Shown here: piece after piece, positions 29,269 through 38,132 of the stretch | Position numbering within the stretch: position 1 is the first letter of the stretch | Layout of the letters: every line of letters starts with the position of its first letter | Assembly: GCA_003220475.1 (NCBI GenBank) | Contig: QHSO01000001.1 | Coordinates: 4,346-68,345, forward strand | DNA length: 64,000 bases | Reading direction: 5' to 3' | Origin: Candidatus Rokuibacteriota bacterium | Lineage (GTDB): Bacteria > Methylomirabilota > Methylomirabilia > Rokubacteriales > CSP1-6 | Notes under the pieces: generated by a model | What the model saw: the letters and a program-made list of their open reading frames with translations, nothing else | Database searches by the model: none | Told to the model about the DNA's origin: nothing | Made by a program: the position numbers and the translations under genes

Positions 29269-29652
29269 ATGGCTCGCGTGCTCGGCATCGTCGCACTGGG
29301 CCTCGTCGGCGTCTGGCTCGTGGCTCACCTGCTCTGGATGGGCCCCGTCGAGGCGGCGGCGGAGACGACGGCGATGTGGGCGCTCGGTCTTCTCACCGGC
29401 GGCGTGGGCGTCGCCGCCGTCGTTCTGCTCGCCGTCGCGCTCTCGGTGGGCGGCACTCAGCCCGCGCTGCTGAAGTTCGCTCGCGGCGCGCGCAACGCGT
29501 CCGCCGTGCTCGGCTGCGCGCTCATCGTGGTAGGCCTCGTCCATTACCGCGCCACAGAGCCGCGTTCGGAGATCCATTGGGTGGTGCTCGGCATGGTCGT
29601 GCTCGCGGGCGCCGTCATCGTGCACTGGTGGCTGACGCGCGTGCAGCGCTAG
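29269..29652 (+). CDS. Hypothetical membrane protein (about 4 TM)
   Basis: Hydrophobic ORF; TAGAAT lies 7 nt before the ATG. Confidence 0.65.
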   Translation: MARVLGIVALGLVGVWLVAHLLWMGPVEAAAETTAMWALGLLTGGVGVAAVVLLAVALSVGGTQPALLKFARGARNASAVLGCALIVVGLVHYRATEPRSEIHWVVLGMVVLAGAVIVHWWLTRVQR

Positions 29653-29658
29653 GGGTAA

Positions 29659-29780
29659 TCGAGGAGCGCCACGGCTTTGCCGGGGCGCGTGGAAGTGCGA
29701 AGCCGCAGGCCGTTCGACGGCCGAGGCGAGCCTGCGATAAGACGTTAGGGGGCTTGGGGGCCGTGTCGGGGCCCCCATGT
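29659..29780 (-). repeat. Repeat family A copy 2, with a nested family B element
   Basis: Minus strand: ACATGGGGGCCCCGACACGGCCCCCAAGCCCCCTAACG...[insert]...GCGCCCCGGCAAAGCCGTGGCGCTCCTCGA. Confidence 0.8.
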
Positions 29781-30566
29781 TCCATGGCGGCCGGCGCCGG
29801 CCGCGAATCGCGCGGCGCCGTCGCGACTCTCGCCCGCATCGATCGTCGCACGGCCCAGCTCGAACTCGCGCCGTAGCGCCACCTCGAGCGGTCCCCCGGC
29901 GCTCTCGTAGGCCGAGCGGCGATCGCTCAGCACGCAACGCGGCGGAAATGCCGCGATCTCCGCGGCCAGCGCCTCGGCGGCCGCGCGCGCGTGTCCCTTG
30001 GCGACGACGCGGTTGGCCAGGCCGATGCGCTCGGCCTCGCGCGCGTCGACGGGACGGCCGGTGAGGATCAGATCGAGGGCGCGCGACAAGCCGATCAGCC
30101 GCGGCAGCCGCACCGTGCCGCCGTCCACGAGCGGCACGCCCCAGCGCCGGCAGAACACCCCGAGCACGGCGTCCTCCTCGAGCACGCGCAGGTCGCACCA
30201 CAGCGCGAGCTCGAGTCCGCCGGCGACCGCGTAGCCGGCCACCGCCGCGATCGTCGGCTTGGACAGCAGCATGCGTGAGGGTCCCATCGGACCATCGCCC
30301 TCGGACTCGAGCCGATTGCCGCGGCCGCTGCCGATCGCCTTCAGATCCGCGCCCGCGCAGAACGTGCCGCCGGCGCCCCACAGCACGGCCACGCGCGCGT
30401 CCACGTCCGCCTCGAAGGCGCGGAACGCGTCGGCCAGCGCGGCGGCGGTTTCGCGGTCGACCGCGTTGCGGGACTCGGGCCGGTCCAGCACGACCGTCGT
30501 AACGGGCCCCGCGCGCTCGACGCGGACGGTTCTGACGGCGCCTGGCCTGTCGGCTGCGGCTCGCAC
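29745..30566 (-). CDS. Enoyl-CoA hydratase/crotonase
   Basis: RPESRNAVD, FCAGADLK, GYAVAGGLELALWCDLR, FCRRWGVPLVDGG. Start uncertain (GTG 30566 or 30596). Confidence 0.9.
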   Translation of the reverse strand: MRAAADRPGAVRTVRVERAGPVTTVVLDRPESRNAVDRETAAALADAFRAFEADVDARVAVLWGAGGTFCAGADLKAIGSGRGNRLESEGDGPMGPSRMLLSKPTIAAVAGYAVAGGLELALWCDLRVLEEDAVLGVFCRRWGVPLVDGGTVRLPRLIGLSRALDLILTGRPVDAREAERIGLANRVVAKGHARAAAEALAAEIAAFPPRCVLSDRRSAYESAGGPLEVALRREFELGRATIDAGESRDGAARFAAGAGRHGTWGPRHGPQAP

Positions 30567-30595
30567 GGCGGCCCCGCGACGTCCTCCGGCTCGCA
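30551..30595. repeat. Repeat family B copy
   Basis: 30551-30568 is the exact reverse complement of 40119-40136; 30571-30595 matches 39048-39072 at 24 of 25 nt. Confidence 0.7.
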
Positions 30596-31240
30596 CTACG
30601 ACCTCTCCCGCAGCGTGCGCGCGGCCTCGGCGCGCATCTGCTGCATCGCGCGTGTCTCCTGGCCGGAGTAGCGCTCTTCGGTCCACGGGTCGGCGTGCAT
30701 GTGGTAGCCGTTCTGCTCCCAGAAGCCCGGCGGATTCACGTCCAGGAACTCGAAGGCGCGCAGCCACTTCGACGATTTCCAGAAATAGAGCCGAGGCAGC
30801 ACGAGGCGCATCGGCCCGCCGTGGTCCGGCTCCAGATCCTTGCCGTTGTGCTTCAGCGCGAGCACCACGTCGTCGGCGAGCAGGTCGGCGAGCGCGGTGT
30901 TGGTCGTGTAGTCGGGGTCCGCGTGCTGCAGCACGAACGTCGCCTCCGGCCGCGGCCGCACGTGCTCGACGATGAAGCGGGCCGAGACGCCCTCCCAAAC
31001 GTTTCCGAGCTTCGACCAGCGGGTGACGCAATGGATGTCGGAGCGTACCGTCACGCGCGGCAACTGCAGGAACTCCGCCCACGTCCACGACGTGGGACGC
31101 TCGACGAGGCCGACGCATCGAAATGTCCAGCGCGCGGGATCGAAGCGCGGGGTGCGGCCGTAGGTGAGGACGGGCCATTTCTCGGTCCTCACCTGGCCGG
31201 GCGGCACCCGGTCGGCGACGGCGGGATCGGGCTTTTTCAT
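30596..31240 (-). CDS. Sulfite-oxidase-like molybdopterin oxidoreductase (MsrP/YuiH-like)
   Basis: RVPPGQ...KWPVL, DIHCVTRWS, HGGPMRLV.P.LYFWKS.KW, GFWEQNGYH. Confidence 0.92.
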   Translation of the reverse strand: MKKPDPAVADRVPPGQVRTEKWPVLTYGRTPRFDPARWTFRCVGLVERPTSWTWAEFLQLPRVTVRSDIHCVTRWSKLGNVWEGVSARFIVEHVRPRPEATFVLQHADPDYTTNTALADLLADDVVLALKHNGKDLEPDHGGPMRLVLPRLYFWKSSKWLRAFEFLDVNPPGFWEQNGYHMHADPWTEERYSGQETRAMQQMRAEAARTLRERS

Positions 31241-31345
31241 GAGGGAAATCATAAACCTCCCCGGGGTGCTCGAACGACGGACATATAATGGAAGCGATCG
31301 AGGCCCCACCCTTGGGAAAGGAGCGCGGATGAAAGGACGACATGG

Positions 31346-32113
31346 ATGAACGGTGAGCGAAAGCTGGCGATGTTCATGGACTTCGAGAACATCGCCCGCG
31401 GCGTCAAGGAAGCGCAGTACAAGCAGTTCGAGCTCAAGCTGGTGCTCGAGCGGTTGCTGGAAAAAGGCAAGATCATCGTGCGGCGCGCCTACGCCGACTG
31501 GAACCGATTCACCGAGTACAAGCGCCCCTTCCACGAGTGGGCCATCGAGCTGATCGACGTTCCTCAGAGCCGCTACAGCGGCAAGAACTCCGCCGACATC
31601 CGCATGGTGGTGGACGCCCTCGATCTCGCCTATGGGAAATCGCACATCGACTCGTTCGCGCTCGTGTCCGGAGACTCTGACTTTTCTCCTCTCGTCTCCA
31701 AGCTGCGAGAGAACGATCGGTATGTGATTGGCCTCGGAGTGAAGTCCTCCTCGTCCGATCTGCTCGTCGGTAACTGCGACGAGTTCATCTTCTATGAGGA
31801 CCTGATCCGCGACACGAAGAAGACGCGGATGCTGTCGGGGTTGCCGGAGAAGAAAGCGGAGGCGATGGCGCAGCTCATCGACGCCATCCAGGCGCTCCAG
31901 CGTGAGAACAAGGAGACGCTCTGGGGGTCGATGGTCAAGCAGACGATGATCCGGAAGAACCCGGCCTTCAACGAGTCGTATTACGGCTACTCGACGTTCA
32001 GCAAGCTGCTCGAGGAGGCCGCCAAGCAGCGGATCGTCACCCTCGAGCGGGACGAGAAGTCCGGCACCTACATCATCACCGCGCTCTCCGAAGACTCCGG
32101 GCGCGCGGCGTAG
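31346..32113 (+). CDS. NYN (LabA/DUF88) domain protein with C-terminal OST-HTH/LOTUS domain
   Basis: FMDFEN, RRAYADW, GKNSADIRMVVDA, SGDSDFSPL, FNESYYGYSTFSKLL. Confidence 0.92.
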   Translation: MNGERKLAMFMDFENIARGVKEAQYKQFELKLVLERLLEKGKIIVRRAYADWNRFTEYKRPFHEWAIELIDVPQSRYSGKNSADIRMVVDALDLAYGKSHIDSFALVSGDSDFSPLVSKLRENDRYVIGLGVKSSSSDLLVGNCDEFIFYEDLIRDTKKTRMLSGLPEKKAEAMAQLIDAIQALQRENKETLWGSMVKQTMIRKNPAFNESYYGYSTFSKLLEEAAKQRIVTLERDEKSGTYIITALSEDSGRAA

Positions 32114-32120
32114 CCACGGC

Positions 32121-32648
32121 TCATTCCGGGCCCTGCCCCGGATTCGGCGGCGGCACCACCCTGAGGGTCTGGTTCCAGACCCTCAGGAACGCCGCAACCT
32201 CGGGATCGCCCGTGCGCTTGTCGGGTCCGTAGACGGTCACCTCGTGAGAGCGCTCGTCCATCGTGATGCGCAGGACCAGCGCCGCCGCCGGCGAGACCTC
32301 GAAGGTGTATTCCGGAGCCAGGGAGTGAAAATTCGCCGCCCGCACGACCGCGACGAGCTGCTCGAGCTCGCGCCGCGGCACTTTCACCGAACGCGTGTGA
32401 ATGCCCTTGGGACTGCCGCGGCCGCTTCGCTGAACCTCTTGCACGGCCTTGCCGTCGGCGCTGAGCGTCAGCGTCCAGCGATGCCACTCGCGCGGCGCGG
32501 AGCCCTCCGCGCCCACGGCCGGCAGCGCGGGATAGTACTCGGCCGTCAGCCTGAAATCCCGCGGGACGGCGTCGGCGCCCATGGCGGCGGAGGCGCCGAG
32601 CAAGGCGAGGCTCGCGCAGATCGAAAAGACGACACGGCGGATCAGCAC
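32121..32648 (-). CDS. Hypothetical exported protein
   Basis: Signal-like N-terminus (RRVVFSICASLALLGASAAMG) then a soluble domain. Start is approximate. Confidence 0.6.
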   Translation of the reverse strand: MLIRRVVFSICASLALLGASAAMGADAVPRDFRLTAEYYPALPAVGAEGSAPREWHRWTLTLSADGKAVQEVQRSGRGSPKGIHTRSVKVPRRELEQLVAVVRAANFHSLAPEYTFEVSPAAALVLRITMDERSHEVTVYGPDKRTGDPEVAAFLRVWNQTLRVVPPPNPGQGPE

Positions 32649-32653
32649 CGAAC

Positions 32654-33016
32654 CTAGGAGATTCGCCGCCAGCGCCCGGCGTCGGACACGAACGCCGTCA
32701 GCACCCACGACACGACGGAGATCACCAGCGCGCCCAGGAACGCGGCGCCGAAGCCGTGGACGGTGAAGCCCGGCACCAGCCGCGAGGTGAGCCAGAGACA
32801 GAACGCGTTGAGCACGAAGATGAACAGGCCGAGCGTGAGGAGCGTGATCGGCAGCGTCAGGAAGATCAGCACGGGACGCACGATCGCGTTGACGAGTCCG
32901 AGCACGAGGGCCGCCAGCAGCGTGGAGCCGACGTCGGCGAGCGTGATCCCGGGGATCAGCGAGGCCGCCACCCAGAGCGCGGCGGCGTTGATCAGCACGC
33001 GGAGCAGAAAGCCCAC
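32654..33016 (-). CDS. YvlD/DUF360 4-TM membrane protein ('phage holin family 4')
   Basis: LGLVNAIVRPVL..LTLPITLLTLGLF.FVLNA. Confidence 0.88.
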   Translation of the reverse strand: MGFLLRVLINAAALWVAASLIPGITLADVGSTLLAALVLGLVNAIVRPVLIFLTLPITLLTLGLFIFVLNAFCLWLTSRLVPGFTVHGFGAAFLGALVISVVSWVLTAFVSDAGRWRRIS

Positions 33017-33023
33017 GCGATGC

Positions 33024-33485
33024 TCAGTGCGGGCCGAGCGAGAGCCAGATGGCGCGGTCGAGCGACAGGATGCCGGCACCGCCGATGAGGATCGCGAGCG
33101 CCATCGCGATGAGCGCGAGGTTGAACTCGAAGCCCGGCCCCTTGCCCGGGACGCCGAGATTCAGGAAGAAGCCGTGCTTGCCGTGGACCTTGGCAATGGC
33201 CACCAGCATGACCACGATGATGCCGACGGCCGCCGGGCGCGCGAGCAATCCGACGATCATGCCGAGGCCGCCGAGGAACTCGATGAACGCCACCAGCACG
33301 GCCGCCGCCGGCGGCACGCCCATGCCGCGGAACATTTTGACGGTGCCGCCGAGCCCGTGGCCGCCGAACCAGCCCAGCACCTTTTGTGATCCGTGTGCGA
33401 AGAAGATCACGCCGAGCCCGAGGCGCACGACGAGCAGCGACCAGGAGGGAAAGGTGCCGAGCACGGCGTCCAGTGCGCCAGCCAT
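33024..33485 (-). CDS. DoxX-family membrane protein
   Basis: RLGLGVIFFAHGSQKVLGWFGG.G, EFLGG, GFEFNL, GAG.LSLD. GGAGG Shine-Dalgarno. Confidence 0.92.
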   Translation of the reverse strand: MAGALDAVLGTFPSWSLLVVRLGLGVIFFAHGSQKVLGWFGGHGLGGTVKMFRGMGVPPAAAVLVAFIEFLGGLGMIVGLLARPAAVGIIVVMLVAIAKVHGKHGFFLNLGVPGKGPGFEFNLALIAMALAILIGGAGILSLDRAIWLSLGPH

Positions 33486-33503
33486 GTGGTATCCTCCCCC
33501 GTC

Positions 33504-34142
33504 GTGATCGGTCCGTTCGCGAGCTCTCCGACGCCGCGGCGAGTCTACACCATCACGCTCACGCTCACGATCGCCCTCACGCTCCTCGGCCTCGGCTGCC
33601 ACGCGCCGGCGCCGGGGGCGGCCGACCGTCTCGTCGTCGAGACGCGGATGTCGAAGGGGCCGGCGACGGCGCCGGTGACGATCGTCGAGTTCTCGGATTA
33701 CCAGTGACCGTTCTGCCGACGCGTCCAGCGGTCGCTGGAGCAGATCCTCAGGGAGTACGATGGTCGGGTGCGTCTGGTCTACAAAGACTTCCCCCTGCCG
33801 TCCCACTCCCTGGCCATGCCCGCGCACGAGGCGGCGCGCTGCGCGGGCGATCAGGGCCGGTACTGGGCGTATCACGACGTGCTGTTCGAGCGTCAGCCGC
33901 GCTTCGAGCGTCAGGACCTCGTCGATTACGCGATCAACCTCAATCTCGACCGCGAGCGCTTCGAGCGCTGCCTGGATGGTCACCAGTACCGCGCCGCCGT
34001 CGAGGCGGATTTCGCGGAAGGCCGCGAGCTGGGTGTGCGCAGCACGCCGACGTTCCTCATCAACGGCAAGCCGCTCGTGGGCGCACAGCCCATCGAGAAT
34101 TTCCGCGCCGCCATCGACGAGGCGCTCCGGGTGCGCCGCTGA
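33504..34142 (+). CDS. DsbA/BdbD-like thioredoxin-fold selenoprotein (UxxC), probable lipoprotein; Sec at TGA 33705-33707
   Basis: KGPATAPVTIVEFSDYQ-U-PFC continues in frame into 33768..34142 (YKDFPL, AHEAARCA..QG.YW.YHD.LF, GVRSTPTFLING). Lipobox-like LLGLGC. SECIS-like hairpin. Start uncertain. Confidence 0.9.
33713..33743 (+). promoter_or_regulatory. Putative bacterial SECIS hairpin
   Basis: Upper stem TCCAGC-GGTC-GCTGGA (33724-33739), G-first loop 22 nt after the UGA, lower stem CTGC/GCAG. Confidence 0.7.
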
Positions 34143-34468
34143 TGGCCTTCGTGCGTGTCGCCCGCGGCGACGACATTCCCGCCGGGCGCGGCCGGCTCGT
34201 CGAGGCCGGCGCGCATACGCTCGCGGTGTTCAATGGCGGCGACGGTCGCTTCTATGCGGTGAGCGCGTTGTGTCCGCACGAAGACGGGCCGCTCGCCGAC
34301 GGCTGGATCGAAGGCGACGCGGTGGTGTGTCCGTGGCATGGCTTCGACTTCGATCTGGCGACGGGACAGTGTCGCGTGGCCGACGAGCTGTCGATCGGCG
34401 TCTTCCCCACGCGCGTGGTGAACGGCATCGTCGAGGTAGACGTTTCTGACCAACCCCAAAGGTGCTAG
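34142..34468 (+). CDS. Rieske [2Fe-2S] ferredoxin
   Basis: CPHEDGPL...CPWHGFDFDLATG. TGATG overlap with the DsbA-like gene. Confidence 0.92.
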   Translation: MAFVRVARGDDIPAGRGRLVEAGAHTLAVFNGGDGRFYAVSALCPHEDGPLADGWIEGDAVVCPWHGFDFDLATGQCRVADELSIGVFPTRVVNGIVEVDVSDQPQRC

Positions 34469-34479
34469 GGTAACCAGCC

Positions 34480-34836
34480 ATGGGCGAACGCGCGGTGAAA
34501 CACGTGAGGAAGTTCCTGGGGCAGCGGCTGCGGGCGCTCCGCAAGCAGCGCGCCCTCAGTCAGGAGCGGCTGGGTGATCGCTCCGGTCTCTCCGGGAAGT
34601 TCATCGGAGAGGTCGAGCGCGGCGAGAAGTCGATCTCGATCGACAGCCTGTACCGCGTGTCGGTCGCGCTCGAGATCCCGCTGCGCGAGCTCACGGACGT
34701 GCGGGCCGACAAGCCGTCGGCGGTGCCGAGCGAGGACGCGGAGAAGATCTTCGCGCTCGTCGCCGGTCGTCGGCGGCCGCAGGACATTCGCCGCGCGTAT
34801 CGGGTGCTGCAGGCGATTTTCTGCCGAGCCTCCTGA
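34480..34836 (+). CDS. XRE-family HTH transcriptional regulator
   Basis: LGQRLRALRKQRALSQERL...IGEVERGEKSISI. Confidence 0.9.
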   Translation: MGERAVKHVRKFLGQRLRALRKQRALSQERLGDRSGLSGKFIGEVERGEKSISIDSLYRVSVALEIPLRELTDVRADKPSAVPSEDAEKIFALVAGRRRPQDIRRAYRVLQAIFCRAS

Positions 34837-34841
34837 GCCGG

Positions 34842-35123
34842 GTGACGACCGACTACATCTGGTTGGGCGTCGGCCTGGTTGGACAGGCCCTGTTCTCGGC
34901 TCGCTTCCTCGTGCAGTGGATCGCGTCCGAGCGCCGCAAGCGCAGCGTGGTGCCGCTGGCCTTCTGGTATTTTTCCGTCGGCGGCGGTGTCACGCTGCTC
35001 GCGTACGCGATCTACCGGCGCGATCCCGTCTTCATCCTCGGGCAGGGCGCGGGCCTCTTCGTCTACGCGCGCAATCTCTGGCTCATCTACCGCGCCTCGC
35101 CGGCGCCGCTCGCCGAGTCGTGA
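34842..35123 (+). CDS. Lipid A biosynthesis N-terminal-domain (LAB_N) small membrane protein
   Basis: GQALFSARFLVQWIASE...SVVPLAFWYFS, DPVFILGQ, YARNL. Confidence 0.9.
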   Translation: MTTDYIWLGVGLVGQALFSARFLVQWIASERRKRSVVPLAFWYFSVGGGVTLLAYAIYRRDPVFILGQGAGLFVYARNLWLIYRASPAPLAES

Positions 35124-35162
35124 GGTAGAATGAGCGCAATCCGCCGCCAAGGAGAGCATCCC

Positions 35163-36386
35163 GTGCCGTCGACGATCAACTGGACCCAGGTGCACACGCG
35201 TCCCGTACTCATGATTCCCGGCCCGACCGAGCTGCCGTTCCCCGTCATGCAAGCGATGAATCAGCCGCCGGCCATCCAGTACGACCGCTCGTTCGACGAG
35301 GGCGTGCTCGAGCCGACGACGCTCGGCCTGCGCGATGTGTTCCAGACGCGGAACGAGGTCCTCGTGATGCCGGGATCGGGCCGCACCGCGCTCGAGGCGG
35401 GCGCGGTCTCCGTCATCGAGCCCGGCGATCGCGTGCTCGTCGTCGGCGCCGGTGTCTTCGGCCTGATGATGCGCGAGATCATGAGCCGCGTCGGCGCCGA
35501 CGCCACCGAATTCCCGATCGAATGGGGCGCCCGTCTGGACGTCGAGCGCCTCGCCCGCGAGGCCGAGCGCGTGCGCCCCAAGGCCATCACGCTCGTGCAC
35601 AACGAGACGTCGACCGGGACGACGTATCCGGCGGCCGAGGTGGCGAAGATCGCGCGCTCCGTCGACGCGCTCGTCATGCTCGACACCGTGTCGTCGATCG
35701 CGGGGCTCGACGTGCGCACCGACGAGTGGGGCGTCGATCTCAACATGACGGGCTCGCAGAAGTGCCTGGCGGCGCCGCTCGGCATGGCGCTGGTGTCCGT
35801 CAGCCCGCGCGCGTGGGACGTGATGGAGCGGCGGAAGAAGAAGGCCCAGTCGTTCGCGTACGACCTGCTGCGCTGGCGCACCAACTGGGTGCCCGTCTCG
35901 CGCGGCGGGAAGGTGCCCGACGGCACGCCGCGCAGCCAGCCGATCTCGATCCCGACCCACCTCACCTCCGCGCTGCAGGTGGCCGTGCGGCTGATCCTCG
36001 AGGAAGGGATCGCCAACCGCGCCCGCCGCCACGCCCTCGCCGGCGACGCGCTGCGTGCCGGCGTGGCCGCGATGGGACTGACGATGTTCCCCGATCCGAC
36101 GATCGCCTCGAACACCGTCTCGTGTATCCGGACGCCCACGGGCATCGAGCCCGCGGCCGTCGTCGCGCGCATGCGCGAGCAGTACGGCATCCTGATCGGC
36201 ACCGGTCTCGACAGGATCCGCGCCTCGACGCTGCGGATCGGCACGATGGGAATCACCGCCAGCCCGCACTACGTGCTGCCGACGCTCTCGGCCCTCGAGC
36301 TGGCGCTGCGCGATGTCGGGTACAAGTGCGAGCCGGGCGCCGGCGTCGCCGCCGCGCAGAAGGTTTTCGCGAACGGAGCCGCCTAG
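35163..36386 (+). CDS. Class V PLP aminotransferase (alanine-glyoxylate/serine-pyruvate type)
   Basis: LMIPGPT, VHNETSTG, DTVSS, GSQKCL, RIGTMG. AAGGAG before GTG 35163. Confidence 0.92.
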   Translation: MPSTINWTQVHTRPVLMIPGPTELPFPVMQAMNQPPAIQYDRSFDEGVLEPTTLGLRDVFQTRNEVLVMPGSGRTALEAGAVSVIEPGDRVLVVGAGVFGLMMREIMSRVGADATEFPIEWGARLDVERLAREAERVRPKAITLVHNETSTGTTYPAAEVAKIARSVDALVMLDTVSSIAGLDVRTDEWGVDLNMTGSQKCLAAPLGMALVSVSPRAWDVMERRKKKAQSFAYDLLRWRTNWVPVSRGGKVPDGTPRSQPISIPTHLTSALQVAVRLILEEGIANRARRHALAGDALRAGVAAMGLTMFPDPTIASNTVSCIRTPTGIEPAAVVARMREQYGILIGTGLDRIRASTLRIGTMGITASPHYVLPTLSALELALRDVGYKCEPGAGVAAAQKVFANGAA

Positions 36387-37360
36387 TGCCCGATTCCCTT
36401 ATCGTCGTGCCGGACGATTTCCCGAGCGTCTTCGACAAATCCGCGGCCCACGAGACCGCGCGCAAGCTCGGCGAGACGGTCGTCTACCCGGCGCGCGGCG
36501 CGGACGAGGAAGCCGAGCTGATCCGGCGCATCGGTCGTGCGCGCATCGCCATCAACATCCGCGCGCACGCGCGCTTCACCGACGGCGTCTTCGCCGCGTG
36601 CCCGCAGCTCAAGATGGTGTCGATCTGGGGCACGGGCACCGACAACTTCGACCTCGACGCGGCCGGCCGGCGCGGCGTGACGATCTGCAACACGCCCGGC
36701 GTCAACGCCTTCGCCGTCGCCGAGCACGCGCTGACGCTCATGCTGGCCACCGGCCGCAAGCTGGTGCGCATCGATCACGAGATGCGCGGCGGCGCGTGGC
36801 CGCGCGAGATGCTGACCCAGTGCCTGGGGAAGACGCTCGGCGTCTTCGGCACCGGCACGATCGGCGCGCGCGTCGTCGCGCTCGGCCGCGCGATCGGCAT
36901 GGACGTGCTGGCGTGGAGCGCGCGCGGCGACGAGGCCCATGTGCGGGCGCTGGGCGCGCGGCCCGCGTCGAAGGACGAAATTCTCCGCACCGCCGATTTC
37001 GTGTCGCTCCACGTCCGGCTGACGCCCGAGACGCGCGGGTTCCTGGGCCGGCGTGAGCTGTCGCTGATGAAGAAGACCGCGATCATCGTCAATACCGGGC
37101 GCGGCGCGCTCATCGAGCGGGAGGCGCTGCTGGACGCGCTGGCCAACAAGAAGATCGCCGGCGCGGGGCTCGACGTGTTCCACGACGAGCCACTCAAGCC
37201 GGGCGATCCCATTCTCGGCTTGGACGCCGTGGTGCTGTCGCCACACAACGCCGGCCAGACGGCGGAAGTCGTGCGTGACGGGCTGCTGCGCGCGGTGAAG
37301 AACATCGAGAACTACCTGGCTGGCCAGCCGACCGACGTCGTCGTCGCGCCCGTCAAGTAG
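36386..37360 (+). CDS. D-isomer-specific 2-hydroxyacid dehydrogenase
   Basis: GTGTDN.D, VAEHAL, GVFGTGTIG, NTGRGAL, LDVFHDEP, SPHNAG. Confidence 0.93.
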   Translation: MPDSLIVVPDDFPSVFDKSAAHETARKLGETVVYPARGADEEAELIRRIGRARIAINIRAHARFTDGVFAACPQLKMVSIWGTGTDNFDLDAAGRRGVTICNTPGVNAFAVAEHALTLMLATGRKLVRIDHEMRGGAWPREMLTQCLGKTLGVFGTGTIGARVVALGRAIGMDVLAWSARGDEAHVRALGARPASKDEILRTADFVSLHVRLTPETRGFLGRRELSLMKKTAIIVNTGRGALIEREALLDALANKKIAGAGLDVFHDEPLKPGDPILGLDAVVLSPHNAGQTAEVVRDGLLRAVKNIENYLAGQPTDVVVAPVK

Positions 37361-37367
37361 CCTCCGC

Positions 37368-38132
37368 CTGGACAGCCTCCTCCTCAAAGTCGTCGTCACC
37401 CCGGTGCTCATCGGCGGCGCCAGCCTCGCGGGCCGGCGCTGGGGGCCGGCGGTCGGCGGCTGGATCGTCGGCTTGCCGCTCACCTCGGCGCCGATCGCCT
37501 TCTTTCTCGCCCGCGACCACGGCCTCGCCTTCGCGGCGGCGGCCGCGGTCGGCATCATGGCCGGCACCGTCTCGCAGGCGGCGTTCTGCGTGGCCTACGC
37601 GCGCACCGCGATGCGCGCGCACTGGCCGCTGGCGACGCTCGCGGGGTCGATCGCCTTCGCGCTCGCGACGCTCGCGCTGCGATGGCTGCCATTGTCGCTC
37701 GTCCCGTTGGCCGCCCTCGCCGTGCTGTCCCTGCTGCTGTCGACGCGGCTGATGCCAGCGCTCGCCGCCGCGCCGCGCGCGGCCGCGCCGCTGCCCTGGT
37801 GGGATCTCCCCGCGCGCATGGTCGTCACGACGGGCTTCGTCGTGCTGCTGACCGGAGTCGCGTCGCTGCTCGGGCCGCGACTCACCGGCCTGGTCACGCC
37901 GTTTCCGCTCTACGGCATGATGCTCAGCGGCTTCACGCACGCGCTCGAGGGACCGGCGCGCGCCGCCGGCGCGCTGCGCGGCCTGCTGCTCGGGCTCTAT
38001 TGCTTCACCGGCTTCTTCTTCGTGCTGGCCGCGCTGCTGGAGCGCGCCGGCGTCGCGCTCGCGTTTACCGCCGCCGCCGCCGTGGCGCTTGCGATTCAGA
38101 GCCTCGCGCTCTGGGCGCTGCGTCGGAGCTAG
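37368..38132 (+). CDS. Conserved hypothetical membrane protein (two-repeat)
   Basis: LKVVVTPVLI...RRWGPAVGGWIVGLPLTS; second repeat LGPRLTGLVTPFP. Start may be CTG 37368; first canonical start is 37404. Confidence 0.75.
   Translation: MDSLLLKVVVTPVLIGGASLAGRRWGPAVGGWIVGLPLTSAPIAFFLARDHGLAFAAAAAVGIMAGTVSQAAFCVAYARTAMRAHWPLATLAGSIAFALATLALRWLPLSLVPLAALAVLSLLLSTRLMPALAAAPRAAAPLPWWDLPARMVVTTGFVVLLTGVASLLGPRLTGLVTPFPLYGMMLSGFTHALEGPARAAGALRGLLLGLYCFTGFFFVLAALLERAGVALAFTAAAAVALAIQSLALWALRRS

Noticed and set aside
31346..32113. NYN protein, macro domain and PD-(D/E)XK protein as an anti-phage defence island
   Set aside because: They are scattered among housekeeping genes. LabA/DUF88-OST-HTH and YmdB-like proteins are widespread non-defence families.
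32654..33016. 'Phage holin' and the nearby XRE regulator as signs of a prophage
   Set aside because: YvlD/DUF360 proteins are common chromosomal membrane proteins, and no integrase, terminase, capsid or lysin genes are present.
1773..33707. Reading the three in-frame TGAs as pseudogene stops or as genome-wide TGA reassignment (code 4/25)
   Set aside because: Each TGA sits at a redox Cys position (UxxC) with a 3' hairpin. Many other genes end normally at TGA (e.g. 9801-9803, 10256-10258, 15876-15878), often in ATGA/GTGA overlaps.
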